From positions 640,001 to 704,000 of the forward strand of contig OZ219866.1 of the NCBI GenBank assembly GCA_964291675.2: a stretch of DNA of 64,000 nucleotides. The letters run 5' to 3'. The notes beneath the pieces were generated by a model. The model was given only the letters and a program-made list of their open reading frames with translations. It was not told where the DNA came from and did not search any database. A program made the position numbers and the translations under genes. Shown here piece by piece: positions 37,730 through 46,270 of the stretch. Position 1 is the first letter of the stretch. Every line of letters starts with the position of its first letter. The DNA is from Alphaproteobacteria bacterium. Its GTDB lineage: Bacteria > Pseudomonadota > Alphaproteobacteria > MPNO01.

Positions 37730-38518
37730 ATGTCTGGACATGCCATAGCATCGGGGCCACCGGCTCTCATTGTCGAGGACATCCACAAGAGCTTCGGCGC
37801 GCATGAGGTCCTGAAGGGCGTGTCCCTGTCTGCCGCGGTCGGCGAGGCGATTGCCATCATAGGCAGCTCCGGGTCGGGCAAGAGCACGTTCCTGCGATGT
37901 ATCAACTTCCTGGAAATTCCGGACCGCGGCCGGATCGTGCTGGGTGGAGAGGAACTCCGGATTCGCACCGACCGCGCCGGTCGGCTCACCGGCGTCGACC
38001 GGAGGCAGATCGTCCGCCTGCGTTCGCAGCTCGGCATGGTGTTCCAAAGCTTTAATCTGTGGGCCCATATGACGGTGCTGCAGAACGTCGTGGAAGGTCC
38101 AGTACAGGTTCTGAAGCGCCCCAAATTGGCGGCGCGCGAGGACGCGATGGCGCTCCTCGAGAAAGTCGGCCTTGAGAGCAAACGCGACAGCTATCCCGCG
38201 CAGCTTTCCGGCGGCCAGCAGCAGCGCGTGGCGATCGCCCGGGCGCTCGCCATGCAACCGAAGCTCTTGCTGTTCGACGAACCGACCTCGTCGCTCGATC
38301 CCGAGCTGGTGGGCGAGGTGCTGCGCGTCATGCGGGATCTCGCGCAGGAAGGCCGGACGATGATCGTCGTGACCCACGAGATGGGCTTCGCCCGGGACGT
38401 ATCCGACCGCACCGTATTTCTGCACGAAGGGCGGATCGAAGAGGAGGGTCCGCCGGCCGAGCTGTTCGGTGCGCCGAAATCCGAACGGTTGCGGCAATTC
38501 CTGTCTAGCCAGGCGTGA
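37730..38518 (+). CDS. Polar amino acid ABC transporter ATP-binding protein (HisP-like)
   Basis: GSSGSGKST, LSGGQQQR, LLFDEPTS and VTHEM motifs. Confidence 0.95.
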   Translation: MSGHAIASGPPALIVEDIHKSFGAHEVLKGVSLSAAVGEAIAIIGSSGSGKSTFLRCINFLEIPDRGRIVLGGEELRIRTDRAGRLTGVDRRQIVRLRSQLGMVFQSFNLWAHMTVLQNVVEGPVQVLKRPKLAAREDAMALLEKVGLESKRDSYPAQLSGGQQQRVAIARALAMQPKLLLFDEPTSSLDPELVGEVLRVMRDLAQEGRTMIVVTHEMGFARDVSDRTVFLHEGRIEEEGPPAELFGAPKSERLRQFLSSQA

Positions 38519-38641
38519 CCCGGGGTGTAAGCTGACTTCCGGCCCGAATGTCTCGGCCGGAACGCGAAGGCCGCTCCGGGGCGGTTGCGCGCCGGCGGGC
38601 CGTTCGACGACACACCGATTCGATCACGGAGACTCATTGCC

Positions 38642-39394
38642 ATGATACGAATAATCGCTCGACTTTCCGCGACCGCCCTGGTCGGCGCGGCGATACTTGC
38701 GGCGCCGGCGTCGGCCCGCGACATCCGGATCGCGACCGAAGGTGCCTACCCTCCGTTCAACAGCAAGAACGCCAAGGGCGAACTGGTCGGCTTCGACGTC
38801 GACCTCGCCAAGGCGATCTGCGCTCATATGAAGGCGAAATGTTCCCTGGTCGCGCAGGATTGGGACGGCATCATTCCCGGCCTGCTGGCGAAGAAATACG
38901 ATCTGATCGTCGCCAGCATGTCGATCACCGAGGAGCGCAAGAAAAAGGTCGCCTTCTCCAGACCGTACTATTCGAACTACCTCCAGTTCGTCGCGAAGAA
39001 AGGCGGCGGGTTCGAGCCGACGGCCGAAGGCATCGAAGGCAAGACCCTCGGCGCCCAGCGGGCGACCGTCAGTTCGCAATTTCTCGAAGACAATTACCGG
39101 AAGGTCGCGAGGATCAAGGTCTACGACAAGCAGACCGCCGCCTGGCTGGACCTCAAGGCCGGGCGGGTGGACGCCGTCCTGTCCGATCTCCTGCCGGCCT
39201 ACGACTGGGTCCGGAAGAACAAGGACTTCGAGATGGCCGGCGACCGTGTCAGCAACGAGGACAAGATCGGCATTGCCGCCCGCAAGGAAGACACGGCGCT
39301 GCTCGACAAGGTGAACGCCGTCATCGGGGCGCTGCGCGAGAACGGCACCTACGCGAAAATCAACGCGAAATACTTCCCGTTCGATATCTACTGA
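38642..39394 (+). CDS. Polar amino acid ABC transporter substrate-binding protein
   Basis: Signal peptide; EGAYPPFN, GFDVD, WDGIIPGL and SMSITEER motifs. Confidence 0.93.
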   Translation: MIRIIARLSATALVGAAILAAPASARDIRIATEGAYPPFNSKNAKGELVGFDVDLAKAICAHMKAKCSLVAQDWDGIIPGLLAKKYDLIVASMSITEERKKKVAFSRPYYSNYLQFVAKKGGGFEPTAEGIEGKTLGAQRATVSSQFLEDNYRKVARIKVYDKQTAAWLDLKAGRVDAVLSDLLPAYDWVRKNKDFEMAGDRVSNEDKIGIAARKEDTALLDKVNAVIGALRENGTYAKINAKYFPFDIY

Positions 39395-39420
39395 CCGGCG
39401 GGAGCCTGGATGTGTAGGAG

Positions 39421-39450
39421 AAGCCCCTTTCGCGCCGCGGAAGAGGGCTT
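39421..39450 (+). promoter_or_regulatory. Intercistronic stem-loop after the substrate-binding gene
   Basis: aagccccttt cgcgccgcgg aagagggctt, an imperfect inverted repeat. Confidence 0.35.
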
Positions 39451-39492
39451 CTCCGCGCACCGCGGGGCTTTCGGAAGGGGCCCGGCCGCACG

Positions 39493-40233
39493 GTGATCCC
39501 CGAAATTCTCCAGTTCGGCGACCGCGGCTTCGGCGACGAGCTTGTCGTGGGCGCCCTCGTCACGGTGGAAATCGCCGTCTATTCGCTGGCGATCGGGCTT
39601 GCCCTCGGCCTGACGGCGGGCGCCGCCAAGCTGTCCCGCTCGCGGATATTGCGCGGCGTCGCCGAGGCCTACAGCCTGCTCGTCCGGGGCATCCCGGAAT
39701 TGCTGATCATTCTGCTGGTCTATTACAGCGGCGGTGCGGCGATCGGGTCGCTCCTCGAATTCCTCGGCTACGACGGCGGGTTCGACTTCAACAAGCGGCT
39801 GGCGGGATCGCTCGCGCTCGGGCTGATCTTCGGCGCCTTCGCTTCCGAAGTCTTCCGTGGCGCCTTCATAGCCGTGGACAAGGGCCAGATCGAGGCGGCG
39901 TTCGCCGTCGGCATGTCGACCGGCCAGGTCTTCCGGCGCGTCCGCTTTCCCCAGTTGCTGCGGTTCGCCCTCCCGGGGCTGGGCAACCTCTGGATGGTCC
40001 TGCTCAAGGACACGTCGCTGGTCAGCGTCATCGCGCTGGACGAGTTGATGCGCGAGACGGGCGTGGCGGCGGAAGCGACCCAGCGGCCGTTCGTGTTCTA
40101 TCTGGCCGCGACCGTGCTGTACCTGCTGCTCACCGTCGTCTCCGACATCTTCCGCGCCCGCCTGGAACGGCACGCCAACCGCGGCGTCGCCGTTCGAACG
40201 GCCCTGCACCGGCCCGCGCGCGGGACGGCGTGA
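39493..40233 (+). CDS. Polar amino acid ABC permease (HisQ-like)
   Basis: RGIPEL, SEVFRGA, GQIEAA and LLKDTSL motifs. Confidence 0.92.
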   Translation: MIPEILQFGDRGFGDELVVGALVTVEIAVYSLAIGLALGLTAGAAKLSRSRILRGVAEAYSLLVRGIPELLIILLVYYSGGAAIGSLLEFLGYDGGFDFNKRLAGSLALGLIFGAFASEVFRGAFIAVDKGQIEAAFAVGMSTGQVFRRVRFPQLLRFALPGLGNLWMVLLKDTSLVSVIALDELMRETGVAAEATQRPFVFYLAATVLYLLLTVVSDIFRARLERHANRGVAVRTALHRPARGTA

Positions 40234-40934
40234 TGCCGATGCCCGAGCTGTGGATACAGTATGGCGACCGGCTGATCGACGGCGCGGTCGTTACGGTCAA
40301 GCTGGTGGCGCTGGCCTGCATTCTGGGGCTGGCCCTGGCCGTCCCCCTGGCGTTGGCGCGGCGCTCGAACCGGCGCTGCCTGTCGGTCCCGGCCTATCTC
40401 TATATCTACTTCTTCCGCGGCACGCCGCTGATCGTCCAGCTGGCCCTGCTCTATTACGGGCTCGCCCAGTTCGAGGCCGTGCGGGAGAGCCCGTTCTGGA
40501 TCGTGCTGGGCGATGCGGAATATTGCGGCCTGCTCGGCCTGACCCTCAACACGACCGCCTATGTCGCCGAAATCCTGCGCGGCGGGATCGCCGCCGTGCC
40601 CAGAGGCGAGCTCGAGGCCGCCGAAGCCTGCGGCATGTCGCGGATGACGGCCAACCGGCGGATCGTCCTGCCGCGCGCCATGCGCCTCGCCTGGCCGGCC
40701 TACGGCAACGAGGTCATCCTGCTTCTGAAGGGCAGCGCGCTGGTCAGCACGATCACGGTCTACGACCTGATGGGCGAGACCCGGTCGGTCTTTTCGCGCG
40801 GCTACGACGACGCGATCTATCTCTACGCCGCGGCGCTGTACCTGACGCTGACGCTGATCTTCACCGGAGGCTTCCGGCTGGGCGAACGCCGGATGAACCG
40901 CCATCTCCGCGCGGCGGGCCCTACAGCCGGATGA
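40230..40934 (+). CDS. Polar amino acid ABC permease (HisM-like)
   Basis: FRGTPL, AYVAEILRGG, GELEAA and LLKGSAL motifs. Confidence 0.92.
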   Translation: MMPMPELWIQYGDRLIDGAVVTVKLVALACILGLALAVPLALARRSNRRCLSVPAYLYIYFFRGTPLIVQLALLYYGLAQFEAVRESPFWIVLGDAEYCGLLGLTLNTTAYVAEILRGGIAAVPRGELEAAEACGMSRMTANRRIVLPRAMRLAWPAYGNEVILLLKGSALVSTITVYDLMGETRSVFSRGYDDAIYLYAAALYLTLTLIFTGGFRLGERRMNRHLRAAGPTAG

Positions 40935-41161
40935 CCGGGCGCAGAGAAGTTCGTTCCGCGAGGAGTCCGGAAGTCGAACTCGTCACCTCCTTCAACCGCT
41001 CCGATTGCCGCCGGCCGGAGCGACGGCGCCTTGCCGCGGCGCGCGAATAAATCGGACAAAATCGCCAGTTTGCGATCATGCTGTCGGAAGAAGCGAGTCG
41101 CTTGACACCCGACGCGCGGCCAAGCAAGAATGAAGAACCGCGCCCAAGTGCTGGAACGGCC

Positions 41162-42202
41162 ATGAACAAAACAGGCTATCGCCCGGTTATTGTATTGTGT
41201 TCGGGGCGTTGCGGATCGACGATGTTGTCGAACATAATGAACAGTCATCCGGATATACTCAGCGTCTCCGAGTTTTTTACGTTCCACAGCGTTGCGTTGT
41301 TCAGCCGATGGCGCATGACCGGAAGCGGAATGTGGAAGATTCTTACGCGACAACCGCAGCTGGTTCGTTATTTGCTGAGAAAAGATTACGAAGAATTGTT
41401 ATACCCGTTCGACGATTCCGATTCCCGGTTCACGCGAAAGAACGTGCCGCCGGTTCTGTGCGTCACACTTCCGCATCTGACAGACGACTACGAAAAACTG
41501 TTCGACGATATGGCGCCGGTCGTTCGAGATTTTCCGCGCCAGTCCCCCGCGAACCATTGTCGTAGCCTCTTCGGGTGGCTGTGCGAAAGGTTCGATCGCA
41601 AGGTCTGGGTGGAACGCTCGGGCGGATCTTCGATGTACGCGTCGAGGCTGATGTACAGATTCCCCGAAGCGAAGATCATCAACATGTATCGGGACGGGCG
41701 GGAGACCGCGATTTCCATGTCTCGTCATCATCCGTTTCGAGGAATCGCCCCGTATATTCTTGCCCTGCAGAAACGCGGATACGACCCTTTGAAGGTGGAA
41801 GCGAAACATAGCGAGTTCTGGGATTCGACGGGGCTGCGCCTGCAACCCCTGAAGTATTTGTCGCGCTTCCCGATCCCGATGTCCGCCGACCGGCTGGAGA
41901 TCCGGCATTTCGGCGCGTTATGGAGTCAGATGGTCGAGGCATCCCAGAATTTTCTTCAGCGCCATCCGCGGGAACGAATTCTGGATGTCCGGTTCGAGGA
42001 CCTGCAACAGGACACGGAGCGGGAGGTCAGGCGTATCGTCCGGTTTATTTCTCCCGATCTGGACGATGAGGATTGGGTGCGGGAAGCGTCCAGGATACCG
42101 AGGCCGACCCGGTCGAAGTTCGCGCGACTCGGCCTGGAAGAGCAGGCCATATTGACGGAGGCCTGCCGGCCGGGCCTGGAGCGGCTCGGCTATCCCGTGT
42201 AA
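41162..42202 (+). CDS. PAPS-dependent sulfotransferase
   Basis: 5'-PSB loop SGRCGSTML; WVERS; 3'-PB MYRDGRETAIS; VRFEDL; LERLGY. Confidence 0.88.
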   Translation: MNKTGYRPVIVLCSGRCGSTMLSNIMNSHPDILSVSEFFTFHSVALFSRWRMTGSGMWKILTRQPQLVRYLLRKDYEELLYPFDDSDSRFTRKNVPPVLCVTLPHLTDDYEKLFDDMAPVVRDFPRQSPANHCRSLFGWLCERFDRKVWVERSGGSSMYASRLMYRFPEAKIINMYRDGRETAISMSRHHPFRGIAPYILALQKRGYDPLKVEAKHSEFWDSTGLRLQPLKYLSRFPIPMSADRLEIRHFGALWSQMVEASQNFLQRHPRERILDVRFEDLQQDTEREVRRIVRFISPDLDDEDWVREASRIPRPTRSKFARLGLEEQAILTEACRPGLERLGYPV

Positions 42203-42304
42203 CGCCGTTGCGATGGAAGAGCGAGGGCACGCGAAACGAAACCCCAAAGGCGGTGACGCCGTAAGGGTGACGCGGCTTCGCGCGTTCGGAACCCGGGCAG
42301 CCCG

Positions 42305-43732
42305 TTGACGAACAACGAAACACCGGATCGTCCGGCGTCCCGCCCCGGCGCGGGGGACGCGGCGGAGGGCGTCTACACGACCGGTTCGGTCGGGCGCCAC
42401 CTGCTGCGGATGGCCGCGCCCGCCTCGACGGCGCTCCTGTTCATCTTCCTCGTCGACGTGGTGACCCTCTTCTACATCTCGCTGTTGCAGGACGAGCGGT
42501 TGATCGCCGCCGTGGGGCTCGCGAGATTCATCGAGTATTTCGTCCTTGCGATCGGGCTCGCCTTCGCGTCGGCGGCGACGGTGCTGGTCAGCCAGGCGCT
42601 CGGCGCCGGGGACAAGGAACTCGCCGTGCGGCGGGCGACCTCGTGCCTGGTCATCACCGTGGCGGTTCTGTGCGCCGCCGTCGGAGCGGTACAGATCTTC
42701 CGCGGCGCGGCTCTCGCTTCCTTCGTGGAGCCGGGCGCGGTCTTCGACGCGGCGGATCTCTATCTGGAGATCGCGCTCTACTCCGTCCCCCTCGCGGCGG
42801 TGAGCATGGCGGCGGGCGCGATATTGCGCGGCGCCGGCGACGTGCCCCGATCCGTCGCGGTGACCGTTTCGGGCAGCCTCGCGGCCCTGTTGGTCAACCC
42901 GGCGCTGATTTTCTGGGCCGGTCTGGGCGTGGAGGGCGCGGCCTGGGCGCTGCTGGCGGATCGCACGATCAGCGCGGCGCTCGGCATCTGGTTCGTCGTC
43001 CGCGTTTACCGTCTCCTGAAGCCGCCCGATATCGCCGAGGCGGTTCGCGACGCCAGGACGGTTCTGGCGATCGCCGGGCCGGCCGCCCTGTCGGAGCTCG
43101 CGCCGCCCACGATCTGGTTGCTGGCGACCGCGTGGGTCGCGGCTTTCGGAGACAGCGCCCTCGCGGCATGGGCCGTGATCGCGCGAATCACCTTGCTGGC
43201 GGGGTGCGGGATCCTGGGATTGACCGTCGCGCTCAACCCGGTGCTGGGGCAGAATTACGGCGCCGGCGAGGCTGGCCGGACCGCGGCGAGTCTTCGCAAT
43301 GCGATGACGTTCTCGATTTGCTATGTCATCGCGGCCTGGGCGTTGTTCGCCTCGACGTCGGGCGCGATCTCACGAATGTTCGATCTGACCCCGGAGGCGT
43401 CGGGCATCGTGCGCATATATGCGCTGTACGGTTTCGGCGCGATCGTCCTGGCAAGCATGTCGACCCTGTGCCGGCCGGTATTCTATCATTTCGGGCGTTC
43501 CTTCTGGACGACGGCTCTGGACTGGCTGGCGAACGCCCTGACGCTGTTTGCGCTGATCCTGCTCGTCGGACTGCCGGACGGGGAGCGCGTCGCGTTCGCG
43601 CTCGGTGCGTCGGCGGCGGTGTGCACGGTGCTGATCGGCAGAGCCATCGCGGGCGCTTTTTCGCTCGGGCTCGCCTGGTACCTCGTCGCGGGGGTGGGGC
43701 CGCCGGAAGCATCGTCGAAGGATTCGGCATGA
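42305..43732 (+). CDS. MATE family efflux transporter
   Basis: About 12 TM segments; VSQALGAG, ILRGAGD, LGVEGAAWA and GQNYGA motifs. Confidence 0.88.
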   Translation: MTNNETPDRPASRPGAGDAAEGVYTTGSVGRHLLRMAAPASTALLFIFLVDVVTLFYISLLQDERLIAAVGLARFIEYFVLAIGLAFASAATVLVSQALGAGDKELAVRRATSCLVITVAVLCAAVGAVQIFRGAALASFVEPGAVFDAADLYLEIALYSVPLAAVSMAAGAILRGAGDVPRSVAVTVSGSLAALLVNPALIFWAGLGVEGAAWALLADRTISAALGIWFVVRVYRLLKPPDIAEAVRDARTVLAIAGPAALSELAPPTIWLLATAWVAAFGDSALAAWAVIARITLLAGCGILGLTVALNPVLGQNYGAGEAGRTAASLRNAMTFSICYVIAAWALFASTSGAISRMFDLTPEASGIVRIYALYGFGAIVLASMSTLCRPVFYHFGRSFWTTALDWLANALTLFALILLVGLPDGERVAFALGASAAVCTVLIGRAIAGAFSLGLAWYLVAGVGPPEASSKDSA

Positions 43733-46194
43733 GGCGAGGGACGAGACTGTGGATCGCCGTGCCGGCGGCGCTCGCCGCCGCGATCGCCCTCGCGGGCGCG
43801 GCGGGCTGGTTCTGGCTTCGTACGTCGCTGCCGCCGCTCGACGGCGAGATTGCACTTCCCGGCCTCCGGGAACGGGCGGAAGTGATTTACGACGCCAACG
43901 GCATTCCGCATATCCGCGCGGCGACGGTCGACGACGCCTATTTCGTCCTGGGGTTCGTGCATGCGCGCGACCGGATGTTTCAGATGGATTTCGCGCGCAG
44001 GCTGGGTAGCGGAACGCTCTCAGAAGTCGTCGGCGAGCGAACCCTTCCCTTCGACCGCATGGCGCGGACGCTCGGGACGGAGCGGAACGCGGAACGGATT
44101 CTCGCCCGCCTGCCGGAGGACGCGGTCGCGATTCTGAATGCCTATTCGGCCGGCATCAATGCTTGGCTCGCAACGCGGTCCGGCGCGCTGCCGCCCGAAT
44201 TCGTCATGCTCGGCTACGAACCGAAACCCTGGCAGCCGAAGGATTCCCTGGCGCGGAGCGGCGTCAAGCTCGCCAATCTGGTCTGGGAGTGGGAGAGCGA
44301 AGCCCTTCGCGGCGCGCTCGCGGCGAAATTGTCTCCCGAGCAATTCTCCGATCTCTTCCCCGAAGAAGCCGATGGTGCACGGTCCGGCGCCGGCCGCGCC
44401 CGGACGATGACGCGGGGGGTGGCCGTCGCCCGGTGGAAGTCCCTCCGGAGGGCCATGCCCGGCGGCTCTCGGGCGGAACCGCCGGCTTCCAACGCGTGGG
44501 CGGTCGCGGGCGGCAGGACCGCGAGCGGCCGTCCTTTACTGGCCAGCGATCCCCATCTGGGGCTGACGGCGCCGGGGCTCTGGTATCTAGCGCGCATGGA
44601 AGCGCCGGGGCTCAGCCTCGCGGGCGCGACGGTTCCGGGGGGACCCGTTTTCCTACTGGGCCATAACGGCGCCATTGCCTGGGGCATGACCAACGCGGGC
44701 AGCGACTTTCAGGACTTCTTCATAGAGCGCGTAAGCGAAGGCGACCCGGGCCGCTACGACGCGCCCGGCGGGCCGCGCCCGTTCGAGGTTCGGACCGAAA
44801 TCATCCCCGTCAAGGGACGCGAGCCGGTGGAGCTCATCGTCCGGGAAACGCGCCACGGCCCGGTGGTTTCCGACCTCGCACCCGATTTCGCCGCCCCAGA
44901 GGGGCAACGTCTCGGAGAGCGGGACCACGTCCTCGCGTTCTCCTCCACGCTTCTGCGCGACGACGACATGACGTTCCTCGCCGTTCTGGGACTGAACCGG
45001 GCGCGGAACTGGGCCGATTTCACATCCGCCCTGGAGAATTTCCATTCTCCGCACGTCACCATGACCTATGCCGACACGGACGGAAATATCGGCTTCCTGT
45101 CGCCGGGGCGGGTTCCGATCAGGCGCGGCGGCGACGGCTGGATACCCTCCGCCGGCTGGACCGGCGAGCGGGACTGGATCGGGTTCGTACCGTTCGACGA
45201 GCTTCCGCGGACCTTCAACCCGCCGTCGGGCCTTGTCGTCCACGCCAATCAGCGGATCGTCTCCCCCGACTATCCGTGGTTTCTCGCCCGCCGCTGGTCC
45301 CCGCCCTACCGGGCGGAACGGATTCATGCGCACATGGACCGGGTCGCTCCCCGGACGGTCGCAACGGAAACCGCGTTGCAGCACGACGAACTCTCCGGCG
45401 CCGCCGCCGCCCTGGTCCCCCTGTTTCTGACCCTCGCCGATCCGTCGCGGTTGGACGAGAACGCAAAACGCGCCCTGTCTCTGGTGCGGGGCTGGGACCG
45501 GCGCATGGCGCGCGCGTCGGCGGCGCCGTTAATCTTCGCGGCATGGCTCGGCGAGGTGAATCGCGGCCTCTACGCCGACGAGCTCGGCGGCCTCTTTCAA
45601 CCCTTCTTCGGTCTCAGGCCGCGCACGGTCGCGCACTTGTTGAAGAATCGCCAGGCGTGGTGCGACGATGTGGCGACAGGCGCGGTCGAGGATTGCGGGG
45701 GAATTGTCGCGGCCGCCCTCTCGCGTGCTCTCGACGGTCTGGCGCGCCGCTATGGAGACCGCGTAGAGAATTGGCATTGGGGCGAGGCTCACCAGGCGGT
45801 ATTCGGACATATCGTGCTCGGTCGCGTTCCGATCGTGAAACGGTGGGCGGATATCCGCATCGAGACGGGAGGCGGAGGCTTCACCGTCAATCGCGGGCGG
45901 CACAACGTCGCCAATGCGAAGGAACCATTCTCCAGCAAGCACGGCTCCGCCTATCGCGCGGTGTACGACCTTTCCAACCTCTCGAACTCCGTATTCTCGG
46001 TCGGCACCGGCAACAGCGGAAACTTCCTGTCCTGGCGGTACGACAACACGACCCGCCGGTGGCGGGACGGCGAATACATGCGGATTCCCCGAACCCGCGC
46101 CGAGGCGTTGCGCGGGGCGGCGGGGGTGCTGATCCTCTCGCCGGATCCCCGGTTACGCCCGCACCGCGGACCGACCGTCCGGGACCCGAATTGA
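43729..46194 (+). CDS. Penicillin acylase family Ntn-hydrolase (PvdQ/QuiP-like), membrane-anchored
   Basis: GIPHI.A, GFVHARDRMFQMD, nucleophile SNAWAV, LLASDPHL and YADTDGNIG; ATGA overlap with the MATE gene. Confidence 0.92.
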   Translation: MRRGTRLWIAVPAALAAAIALAGAAGWFWLRTSLPPLDGEIALPGLRERAEVIYDANGIPHIRAATVDDAYFVLGFVHARDRMFQMDFARRLGSGTLSEVVGERTLPFDRMARTLGTERNAERILARLPEDAVAILNAYSAGINAWLATRSGALPPEFVMLGYEPKPWQPKDSLARSGVKLANLVWEWESEALRGALAAKLSPEQFSDLFPEEADGARSGAGRARTMTRGVAVARWKSLRRAMPGGSRAEPPASNAWAVAGGRTASGRPLLASDPHLGLTAPGLWYLARMEAPGLSLAGATVPGGPVFLLGHNGAIAWGMTNAGSDFQDFFIERVSEGDPGRYDAPGGPRPFEVRTEIIPVKGREPVELIVRETRHGPVVSDLAPDFAAPEGQRLGERDHVLAFSSTLLRDDDMTFLAVLGLNRARNWADFTSALENFHSPHVTMTYADTDGNIGFLSPGRVPIRRGGDGWIPSAGWTGERDWIGFVPFDELPRTFNPPSGLVVHANQRIVSPDYPWFLARRWSPPYRAERIHAHMDRVAPRTVATETALQHDELSGAAAALVPLFLTLADPSRLDENAKRALSLVRGWDRRMARASAAPLIFAAWLGEVNRGLYADELGGLFQPFFGLRPRTVAHLLKNRQAWCDDVATGAVEDCGGIVAAALSRALDGLARRYGDRVENWHWGEAHQAVFGHIVLGRVPIVKRWADIRIETGGGGFTVNRGRHNVANAKEPFSSKHGSAYRAVYDLSNLSNSVFSVGTGNSGNFLSWRYDNTTRRWRDGEYMRIPRTRAEALRGAAGVLILSPDPRLRPHRGPTVRDPN

Positions 46195-46270
46195 CCGGAC
46201 AGGATGGCAATGATATCGATCAGGGAACGATGAACGCAGTCGCGGGCCAACCTTCCGGGGGACCCATGCC

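Noticed and set aside
42643-46194. 1183-aa ORF as a giant acylase fusion
   Set aside because: The N-terminal part is an off-frame shadow of the MATE gene; the real start is ATG 43729. The same artifact affects 3491-5299, 10044-11513, 23312-25333 and 27086-28153.
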